A program made the translations under genes and the position numbers. The notes under the pieces are model-generated. The model was not told the origin of the DNA. It ran no database searches and worked only from the letters and a program-made list of their open reading frames with translations. Positions 36,072 to 45,320 of a DNA stretch of 46,145 nucleotides are shown here, one piece after another; the first letter of the stretch is position 1; each line of letters starts with the position of its first letter. The DNA lies in the NCBI GenBank assembly GCA_944384385.1, contig CALWTG010000001.1, forward strand, positions 1-46,145, in the 5' to 3' direction. The stretch comes from an uncultured Clostridia bacterium. GTDB lineage: Bacteria > Bacillota > Clostridia > Christensenellales > UBA1242.

Positions 36072-36099
36072 TCCGTCCTAGGTATGGGCGGATTTTTTT
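36072..36099 (+). terminator. Intrinsic terminator after tRNA-His
   Basis: TCCGTCCtaggtatGGGCGGA followed by ttttttt. Confidence 0.75.
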
Positions 36100-36155
36100 A
36101 ATATTGACCACAATAAGTTTATATGATAAAATAAAGTCATATATAAGGAGTTTTT

Positions 36156-36791
36156 ATGATATATCCGAATGCGGATAATTTAAAAAATGCAAAAAGTAGG
36201 GCAACAACCAATGAAAAACTATTAAATTCTTTTAAACCTGAATACAAAGAGTTATTTAAAAAATTAGGCGAATTAAAAGCGCGTTGTAAATACGGCATTG
36301 GAAAAACTGACATTACAAGCCAAGAACTTGAATTTTATAAGTCCAAAAAGACAAAAGAAATTGACCTTAGATGCCTACATTTTGGTGCTGGACTGACGGT
36401 TGAACTTAAAGACAATAAAATATATAGAGTTGTTGACAAATTCAATTTGATAAATGAAATTGAAGGGGCTTCAATGTCATCAAGCACCGCTATAAAAAGC
36501 AAATTGCCAGTTTCCGTTATTAACAACAAAAAAATAAAAGAAGTATGCCGTTTGTTAAGGGAAAGGAAAACCGGCAACAACAATGAAGGAGAAAACTTAT
36601 TGAATTTGATGCCTTATGTCAAAGAAGATGTTACCATAAAACGCATATGTTTGCCATGTGCTGTTAGTATTGATTTGTTAGACGACTCAAAGTGCAAAGT
36701 GAATGACCTTTACGGGGCAATAGACCTATACAACAATGAATATGTCAAGTGCCTAGAAGTAAACAAAGATTTATTTGATAGAGAGCAATAA
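36156..36791 (+). CDS. Hypothetical protein
   Basis: 211-aa ORF with RBS AAGGAG 8 nt upstream. Soluble and K/N-rich. No motif recognised. Confidence 0.5.
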   Translation: MIYPNADNLKNAKSRATTNEKLLNSFKPEYKELFKKLGELKARCKYGIGKTDITSQELEFYKSKKTKEIDLRCLHFGAGLTVELKDNKIYRVVDKFNLINEIEGASMSSSTAIKSKLPVSVINNKKIKEVCRLLRERKTGNNNEGENLLNLMPYVKEDVTIKRICLPCAVSIDLLDDSKCKVNDLYGAIDLYNNEYVKCLEVNKDLFDREQ

Positions 36792-36806
36792 CGATATGTT
36801 TAAATT

Positions 36807-36835
36807 AAAATCACTTTTAGCCAAGTGATTTTTTA
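36807..36835 (+). terminator. Intrinsic terminator
   Basis: aaAATCACTTttagccAAGTGATTtttt. Confidence 0.65.
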
Positions 36836-36892
36836 TTTATTATTGAAATTTGGTTTTTATTATGTTATTCTAAAAAAGATTTTGGAGTTATT

Positions 36893-37456
36893 ATGGAAAA
36901 AATAGAAATGTATAACACAATGTCGATATACAAGCAAAAGCTTCATGAAATAGACGAAAAAATAATCGAAAATGAAAAAGCTGAAAACCAAGTAAAAAAA
37001 GAAATGCTTGATATTGCTAGAAAAGGAATAAGTTTAAGAAAACCAAAGTACATATTCCATTTTTTTGTTTCATTGGCACTACTTGGATTGGCTTTTATAA
37101 GTTTGCCTGTGCTCATCGGTTCAATGGTGGCACTGGTTGCGAACAATGCCATCTACATTGTCAATGAAAAAAGGTATAACAGTAAAAAGCAAAAAATATT
37201 TGAAGAAATGGGCTCAATTTCTTCTAGGTATGTATTGGTATTTTTAAAAAAGCAAGACCTTGATAATGAGAAAAAATTTGTTATAGAAAATATTAAACTT
37301 TTTGAAGATTTTGTATTTGGGAACAAAGTTCCAACAAGTCAGCAAGAAGAAGAAATGCGCGTCAGTAAGTCGCTAGCTGAACAATACATCTTGGCTGATG
37401 AAAACAATAATGTTGATTCATTCGAATCACTGTTTAACGCCGGTATGGAGCTGTAA
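36893..37456 (+). CDS. Hypothetical membrane protein (coiled-coil N-terminus, about 2 TM)
   Basis: 187-aa ORF with RBS tGGAGtt. Hydrophobic hairpin FHFFVSLALLGLAFISLPVLIGSMVALVANNAIYIV. No motif recognised. Confidence 0.5.
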   Translation: MEKIEMYNTMSIYKQKLHEIDEKIIENEKAENQVKKEMLDIARKGISLRKPKYIFHFFVSLALLGLAFISLPVLIGSMVALVANNAIYIVNEKRYNSKKQKIFEEMGSISSRYVLVFLKKQDLDNEKKFVIENIKLFEDFVFGNKVPTSQQEEEMRVSKSLAEQYILADENNNVDSFESLFNAGMEL

Positions 37457-37513
37457 AAAAATCACCACAACATGGTGTTTTTTTGTTTCAACTTTTTTCA
37501 AAAAATGCTTTAA

Positions 37514-39529
<2,016 letters not shown>

Positions 39530-39538
39530 AGGTGAATT

Positions 39539-42085
39539 ATGGAAGAAAAAAAACAATTACATGAGTTATTTAAAAATACAAAAGTTCGTCAAGTTGAAGC
39601 AACTGATGAATTAAAAAAATCTTTCATCTCGTATGCAATGGCTGTCAATGTTTCTCGTGCTATACCAGATGTGAGAGATGGTTTAAAGCCGGTTCATAGG
39701 CGTATTTTGTACTCCATGGGCGAACTTGGCAATTTCAGCGATAAGCCATACAAAAAGTGCGCAAGAATTGTCGGTGAAGTTATGGGTAAATATCATCCAC
39801 ATGGTGACAGTTCTGTCTATGATGCGCTTGTTAGACTTGCTCAAGACTTTTCAATAAGATATCCTCTCATTGACGGCCACGGAAACTTTGGTTCTGTCGA
39901 CGGTGATAGCCCAGCAGCTATGCGTTACACAGAAGCAAGACTTAGCAAAATTGCTGAGTATATGCTTGAAGATATAGATAAAGAAACTGTTGACTTTTAT
40001 CCAAACTTTGATGACACACTTATGCAACCACGCGTGCTACCTGCAAAATTTCCAAACCTTTTAGTAAATGGTGCGGACGGTATTGCCGTTGGTATGGCAA
40101 CAAACATTCCACCACACAATTTGACAGAAGTCATAAATGGCGTTCAGGCACTTATCAAAAATCCTGATATCACCATTGATGAACTTATGGACTACATTCC
40201 AGCGCCAGATTTCCCAACAGGCGGAATAATCATGGGCAGAAATGCAGTTCGACTTGCCTACACAACAGGCCGTGGTGGCATAGTTGTTCGTGGTAAGGCA
40301 GAGATTGAAGAAACACCAAGCGGAAGATATAGAATCGTCATAACCGAGCTTCCATACGGTGTCAATAAAGCACGCTTTATCATGCAAATGGCAGATATGG
40401 TCAAGAATAAAAAACTTGAAGGCATATCAGACATAAAAGAAGAGTCAGACCGTGACGGACTTAGGGTTGTTGTTGATATCAAAAAAGACTCCAATGCCCA
40501 AGTCGTTTTAAATACTCTTTACAAAAAGACAATGCTTCAACAAAGCGAAGGCATAATCATGCTTGCACTTGTTGACGGCGAACCAAAAGTTTTGAACTTA
40601 AAGCAAATACTTTACTATTATCTTGAACATCAAAAAGATGTGCTCATAAGAAAGACAAAGTTTGACCTCAAAAAAGCTGAAGAGCGTATGCACATTGTCA
40701 GGGGCTTAAAGATTGCTCTTGCGAATATTGACGAAGTTATTAAGATAATAAAAGAAGCAGATGATAAAGAAGACGCCAAGACAAAACTTACAACAAACTT
40801 TGAACTTGACGACATTCAAGCAAATGCAATTCTTGATATGAAACTTAGCAAGCTTACAAGTTTGGAAGTTGAAAAACTCAACGAAGAATATGCGGAGCTT
40901 GAAAACTTGATAAATGAATTGAATTCAATTCTCCAAAGCGAACAAAAAGTGCTCTCAATCATATATGACAATTTGGAAGCAATAAAAAATCAGTTTGGTG
41001 ATGCAAGAAAGACAGAGCTCAGCCACGATTCAAGTGACATAAACATAGCAGACCTTATCAAAAAAGAAGATGTTGTTGTGTCAATGACAAACCTTGGGTA
41101 CATCAAGCGTATGAGCATGAGCGAATATAAAGCACAAAAGCGTGGTGGTGTTGGTGTCAGTGCACACAAGACAAAAGAAGAAGATTTTGTAAAAGACATA
41201 TTCATAGTTAACACTCATGACGACCTTATGTTCTTTACAAACTTCGGAAAAGTTTACACCATAAAGGCGTATGAGATACCAGAAGCACAGCGTCAAGCAA
41301 AGGGTAGGGCAATGATAAACCTTCTCCCACTTGCAACTGACGAAAAGGTAAGCACAATTATCCCACTTTCAGAAGACACAACTGGCAACTTGATAATTGC
41401 AACTAAAAATGGACTTATCAAAAAGACAAAACTTATTGAGTTTGCAAATATCAGAAAAAACGGTAAAATTGCAATAACCTTGGACGAGGGTGATGAAGTT
41501 GTCGATGTCAAGACATCATCTGGTGACGATGAAGTTCTTGTTGCGTCATCGTCAGGCAAGTGTTGCCGTTTCAGTGAACAAAAAGTTCGTGCAATGGGCA
41601 GACTTGCAAGGGGCGTCAAGTCAATCAGTCTTGACAGTGGTGAACATGTCGTTTCAATGACAGTTATCAAAAAAGGCGAAAGCGACGCTCAAATAATCAC
41701 AATTTCAGAATATGGATATGGCAAACGCAATAAAGCATCAGATTTCAGACTCACATCTCGTGGTGCAAAAGGCGTACGTGCCGGCACATTTAATGAAAAG
41801 ACAGGTAAACTTGTATGCTTAAAACAAGTTCACATTGACGATGACCTTATGATTATTGCCGACAACGGCGTCATCATCAGAACGCCAGTTAAAGACATCA
41901 GCTTGCTTTCTCGTGGAACTCAGGGCGTCAAAATAATGAAACTTAAAAATGACGCAAAAGTTGTTTGTTTGACAACAAGCGAACATGAAGAAGAGGAAGA
42001 CGACGCTACTATTGATGAAGTCATTGAGCAAAATATCAAAAATAACGACGAAAATTCTGAAAAAAACAGTGAAAATGAGCAATAA
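39539..42085 (+). CDS. gyrA: DNA gyrase subunit A
   Basis: AMRYTEARL active-site Tyr block, QRDR-like HPHGDSSVYDALVRLAQ, and C-terminal beta-pinwheel repeats with an acidic tail. Confidence 0.95.
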   Translation: MEEKKQLHELFKNTKVRQVEATDELKKSFISYAMAVNVSRAIPDVRDGLKPVHRRILYSMGELGNFSDKPYKKCARIVGEVMGKYHPHGDSSVYDALVRLAQDFSIRYPLIDGHGNFGSVDGDSPAAMRYTEARLSKIAEYMLEDIDKETVDFYPNFDDTLMQPRVLPAKFPNLLVNGADGIAVGMATNIPPHNLTEVINGVQALIKNPDITIDELMDYIPAPDFPTGGIIMGRNAVRLAYTTGRGGIVVRGKAEIEETPSGRYRIVITELPYGVNKARFIMQMADMVKNKKLEGISDIKEESDRDGLRVVVDIKKDSNAQVVLNTLYKKTMLQQSEGIIMLALVDGEPKVLNLKQILYYYLEHQKDVLIRKTKFDLKKAEERMHIVRGLKIALANIDEVIKIIKEADDKEDAKTKLTTNFELDDIQANAILDMKLSKLTSLEVEKLNEEYAELENLINELNSILQSEQKVLSIIYDNLEAIKNQFGDARKTELSHDSSDINIADLIKKEDVVVSMTNLGYIKRMSMSEYKAQKRGGVGVSAHKTKEEDFVKDIFIVNTHDDLMFFTNFGKVYTIKAYEIPEAQRQAKGRAMINLLPLATDEKVSTIIPLSEDTTGNLIIATKNGLIKKTKLIEFANIRKNGKIAITLDEGDEVVDVKTSSGDDEVLVASSSGKCCRFSEQKVRAMGRLARGVKSISLDSGEHVVSMTVIKKGESDAQIITISEYGYGKRNKASDFRLTSRGAKGVRAGTFNEKTGKLVCLKQVHIDDDLMIIADNGVIIRTPVKDISLLSRGTQGVKIMKLKNDAKVVCLTTSEHEEEEDDATIDEVIEQNIKNNDENSEKNSENEQ

Positions 42086-42150
42086 ATTCACAAAATTTTA
42101 ATAATTTTTTGTATTTAGTTTAAAATAAAAGTGAGAAAGGAGAAAAAACT

Positions 42151-42399
42151 ATGAAAAAAAATTATGATATGATACTCATAGCACTCGCAGGTATTGGTGC
42201 ACTTGCTAGCCTTGTCGTGCTCATAATTTGCGTTAATGCACTCATCTCATATGGTGCAACAAGTTTGCGTATTTGGGGTATTGTTGGAACAGTTATTGCG
42301 TTTGTAGTATGTATGGCGCTTATTGGTATGCTTGTGTACTATTACCGCCAGCATCAAATGACCGCAAAAGACGGAGAAAAAAGCGTTTTAGATGAATAA
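42151..42399 (+). CDS. Small 2-TM membrane protein (82 aa)
   Basis: RBS AAGGAGAA. Two hydrophobic helices. No terminator separates it from gyrA. Confidence 0.5.
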   Translation: MKKNYDMILIALAGIGALASLVVLIICVNALISYGATSLRIWGIVGTVIAFVVCMALIGMLVYYYRQHQMTAKDGEKSVLDE

Positions 42400-42625
42400 A
42401 GCGATGTATCCACTTCTCATCTTTACTTGTGCCTTTTGCATGGTGCTTAGCATAGTGATGATTGTGCTGTCTGCACTTGGCATACTGGTATCAAGTGATG
42501 AGATGGTGACTAGCATAGTACTTTTTTCAATTTTGTTTTTTGTGTCTATGGTTGCGCTGGGATTAATAATTACAATCAAACACTCGACGACAAACACAAC
42601 TAAATACAAAAATGATGACAAATAA
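42392..42625 (+). CDS. Small 2-TM membrane protein (77 aa)
   Basis: Overlaps the preceding ORF by 8 nt. Two hydrophobic helices and a polar tail. Confidence 0.45.
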   Translation: MNKAMYPLLIFTCAFCMVLSIVMIVLSALGILVSSDEMVTSIVLFSILFFVSMVALGLIITIKHSTTNTTKYKNDDK

Positions 42626-42661
42626 AAAATCTCGCCTAAAATTAAATTGGGCGAGATTTTT
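42624..42661. terminator. Bidirectional terminator shared by convergent operons
   Basis: aaaaaATCTCGCC-N12-GGCGAGATttttt. Confidence 0.75.
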
Positions 42662-42664
42662 CAA

Positions 42665-42760
42665 TTAAATAAAAAACTTAAACATTATAACTAAAATAAA
42701 AAAATTAATAATAAGCAGAATGACATTTGCAGTCAGTAATGGTGTTTTATGTTGTTTCAT
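42665..42760 (-). CDS. Candidate 31-aa hydrophobic micropeptide (below the ORF-track cutoff)
   Basis: My minus-strand translation is MKQHKTPLLTANVILLIINFFILVIMFKFFI*. Its ATG overlaps the TGA of the upstream 384-aa gene (ATGA). GGAGGAAG lies immediately 5' of the ATG on that strand. It ends 4 nt before the terminator. Confidence 0.45.
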   Translation of the reverse strand: MKQHKTPLLTANVILLIINFFILVIMFKFFI

Positions 42761-43911
42761 TCTTCCTCCTTTTTGTTAAGTGCATTGCATAAAGACTGTG
42801 CTATTTGGCATTTGTAGTTAATTGATTCAGTAGTATATTGCTTTATTAAATATTTGCATATTGTTTTATCAATATAGTCAATTACATATCCTAAAATCAT
42901 TATAACCGTGATTGCTATAAATAATTTGACAAGTGTCGATATTGATAAGCCAGCAATAGTTAAAGTAATAAAAAGAATGTTTAAAATTACACTAAAAATT
43001 GTAAAAGGTACATATATAAATAAATGTCTATTATTAAAACAATTGGTAATTTTTTGTATTTTTTCATCAATAATAACATCCAAAATTAAATTTTCAATAT
43101 TATTTGCAATACAGTAAATTGTATAATTTTTTCCTTTATATTTGAAATCTAGGCTATAAATTGGTACTTTATATGTCTCTACATTGCTAATACTGCCACT
43201 TCCATTATGTATATCTAAATCTTTATAACTATTGATTTTAATATATTGTTTATAATTTTTTGCAGAATTTTGTATATTCTCAGTTAGAAGAGAGTCAAGT
43301 TCCTTATTGCTCGGAACGGGGTAGTCTTCACTTGATTCCTTAAAATCACAATTTGAGAATTTGAGAACTTGTTTTTTTATTTCATTTTTTATATAACTAT
43401 TTAAATTTGCATTTTGCACACATATAGATTTATCAAATACTTTAAAATTTCCAGAGTAAGGTTTTTCCGCAGTTTCTGTAACATATCTATCCACCCAATG
43501 TGTTTTATATTTTTTTGAACGATTATCATAATAGGTTTCTGCTACATTTCTTTTTTGTCTCGTCTCAACAAGCAATGTTAGCGAATAGGATATTTCAATA
43601 TTGCAATCTATTGTCGATATGTATGTATAACTAAACTTTGGTGCTTCAAATTTTGCATCAAAAATATCTTTTGGTATCTCTTTTTTTGTTGCTAAAAACA
43701 TAAACGCTTTTTTCAAAAAAAGGTTAGAGTTTAATTCGTCATCTATTTTATAACAATTTGAATTATATACTTTTTTATGGTTTGTATTAAAATTTATTTC
43801 CGTATTCCCAAGTAGAAATTTTGTTCCACAATGTTGGCATGTTGCCACATTATCTTTAATTTTTATATTATTAGACCCACAATTTGAACAGTTAAGTTCT
43901 TCTTTCTTCAA
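42757..43911 (-). CDS. Zinc-ribbon / C-terminal 2-TM protein, paralog of the 33558-34628 product
   Basis: N-terminal C-x2-C-x13-C-x2-C ribbon (CSNCG...CQHCG). The motif VPIYSLDFKYKGKNYTIY matches VPTYSVKYKYKGKNYLTY in the other protein. Two C-terminal TM helices. TTG start 8 nt after GGAG, overlapping the upstream stop (TTGA). Confidence 0.7.
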   Translation of the reverse strand: MKKEELNCSNCGSNNIKIKDNVATCQHCGTKFLLGNTEINFNTNHKKVYNSNCYKIDDELNSNLFLKKAFMFLATKKEIPKDIFDAKFEAPKFSYTYISTIDCNIEISYSLTLLVETRQKRNVAETYYDNRSKKYKTHWVDRYVTETAEKPYSGNFKVFDKSICVQNANLNSYIKNEIKKQVLKFSNCDFKESSEDYPVPSNKELDSLLTENIQNSAKNYKQYIKINSYKDLDIHNGSGSISNVETYKVPIYSLDFKYKGKNYTIYCIANNIENLILDVIIDEKIQKITNCFNNRHLFIYVPFTIFSVILNILFITLTIAGLSISTLVKLFIAITVIMILGYVIDYIDKTICKYLIKQYTTESINYKCQIAQSLCNALNKKEEE

Positions 43912-44462
43912 TTTATTTTCTCCTTATGTAACAAAGAATTTAGAATATGATTTATTCGGTTTTCAAATAAATATTTGTTTAAATTTTTTCTTTCTGTACA
44001 ACCCCTTGTTAAAAAAAAATCTCCATTTAAATTGAATGAAATTTGGAATTTACTATCTTGCTTCGTTATATCTTTTTTTGTATGGATATTATCTACAAAT
44101 TCTTGCATTTCATTGTTTGTAAAAGCAAGCATAATGTTTTTCCATTTGAAATTTGTTAGTTGTTCATCTGTGGGAAGTGGGCAAATTCCACATAAAATAT
44201 ACCAATCAGCATTCTTATTCACTGAAAATCTATTAAAAAACATATTAGCATAATAAACTTCTTTTGTTTTGTCTAAGTAAGTTCTTGAAGATTTGACTTG
44301 GAAAGTTAACATATTTTGATGTTCTGCATAACTATATAACAATAAATCAATACCTTTTTCTTGACGAGATAAAGGAATGAAAACAGAACAATCTTTAAAT
44401 TTTTCTTTTAGTTCTTCGGCTACAGTCCATTCGTTAAATTGTAAAGTAAATATTGGATTCAT
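43908..44462 (-). CDS. PD-(D/E)xK nuclease-fold candidate (Mrr/DUF4365/NERD-like core), 184 aa
   Basis: The order and spacing E16-E17 ... G-I-D39-L-L-L-Y ... F-Q55-V-K57-S-S fit the E...D...(E/Q)xK restriction-endonuclease-like core. RBS AGAGG. The assignment is motif-level only. Confidence 0.55.
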   Translation of the reverse strand: MNPIFTLQFNEWTVAEELKEKFKDCSVFIPLSRQEKGIDLLLYSYAEHQNMLTFQVKSSRTYLDKTKEVYYANMFFNRFSVNKNADWYILCGICPLPTDEQLTNFKWKNIMLAFTNNEMQEFVDNIHTKKDITKQDSKFQISFNLNGDFFLTRGCTERKNLNKYLFENRINHILNSLLHKEKIN

Positions 44463-44487
44463 AAAGTAATACCTCTATGGCAATAAT

Positions 44488-44535
44488 ACATCATAAAGTG
44501 ATGTAAGTCAAGTTATTTACATCACTAAGTGATAT
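44488..44535. promoter_or_regulatory. Two palindromic operator-like sites in the divergent promoter region
   Basis: ACATCAtaaagTGATGT (44488-44504) and ACATCACtaaGTGATAT (44519-44535), 31 bp centre to centre. The second abuts the XRE ATG. Confidence 0.55.
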
Positions 44536-44544
44536 AAAATAGTT

Positions 44545-44754
44545 ATGGATATTTCAAAATCAGTAGGAAAAGTTATAAAGCAAGCACGAAAAGATAAAGG
44601 CTTGACACAAAGAGAGATGGCAAGCAAATTTAGAATGACGCAACAACAATATAGTAGATTTGAAAATGGTATTTTTGAATTGAATTATAGCCAAATTATA
44701 TTGATATGTAAATATTTAGACATTACTCCGAATGACCTTTTTGATTTTGAATAG
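44545..44754 (+). CDS. XRE/Cro-type helix-turn-helix regulator (69 aa)
   Basis: LTQREMASKFRMTQQQYSRFENGIFELNYSQIILICKYL is a canonical HTH_3 pattern. No SD is present. A TATAAA box ends 6 nt before the ATG, so the mRNA may be leaderless. Confidence 0.85.
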   Translation: MDISKSVGKVIKQARKDKGLTQREMASKFRMTQQQYSRFENGIFELNYSQIILICKYLDITPNDLFDFE

Positions 44755-44773
44755 CAAAAAGGGAAGTTTGTAA

Positions 44774-45271
44774 TATTTTTCACATCATATCAATCTCATC
44801 AAATTTTATGTCATCCAAAAAATCTTTTATTCGCATTCCAAGACCTTTACTGTAGAGTTCAAACTTGATGTTTCTGTTTTGGAAGATGGAGATTTCACAA
44901 GTTGGGTTTTAGGTCTAAACAGACTTGATGGTGAAACTTATGTTCATACAGAAGAAGTTCGTGTTGGTATTGCAAAAAAAGGTGATACATATTATATGAA
45001 TGAACTTATTGGCATTAATTATGATGATACACTAGGTTATAATGCAGTAGTTGATGGCGGACATACTGTTGAACTCAATGAAGGCAAAGTTCAAGTTGCC
45101 ATTTCACCTGAATGGGCAGATGATGTTGTAGACTATGAAATTGATGTTAATGGAGAAAAGGTTACAAACCAAAAAGCAGCAGTTGGAGTAGTTGGTTTTA
45201 GATACCTTTGGAATGTAGTTGCTAACGTTGAGGGTGTTGTAATCAGCGACCTTGAGTTTGTAGAAAAATAG
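44774..45271 (+). pseudogene. 5'-truncated remnant of a larger gene (C-terminal beta-rich domain)
   Basis: The frame is open from the stop at 44771 with no ATG or RBS. The track's TTG at 44879 is arbitrary. Protein-like sequence (KTFTVEFKLDVSVLEDGDFTSWVL...) continues upstream of that TTG. Its own terminator follows. Confidence 0.4.
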
Positions 45272-45288
45272 TGTTATTTTTCAAAAAA

Positions 45289-45315
45289 ATCTCGTCTTGT
45301 TAGACGAGATTTTTT
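45289..45315. terminator. Bidirectional terminator
   Basis: aaaaaaATCTCGTCttgttaGACGAGATtttttt. Confidence 0.75.
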
Positions 45316-45320
45316 ACATT

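Noticed and set aside
42624-45315. Similarity of the two terminators AAAAAATCTCGCC... (42624) and AAAAAATCTCGTC... (45289) as cassette boundary repeats
   Set aside because: Only about 12 nt are shared, and both are ordinary A-run/stem/T-run terminators. That is insufficient to claim direct repeats flanking the cassette.
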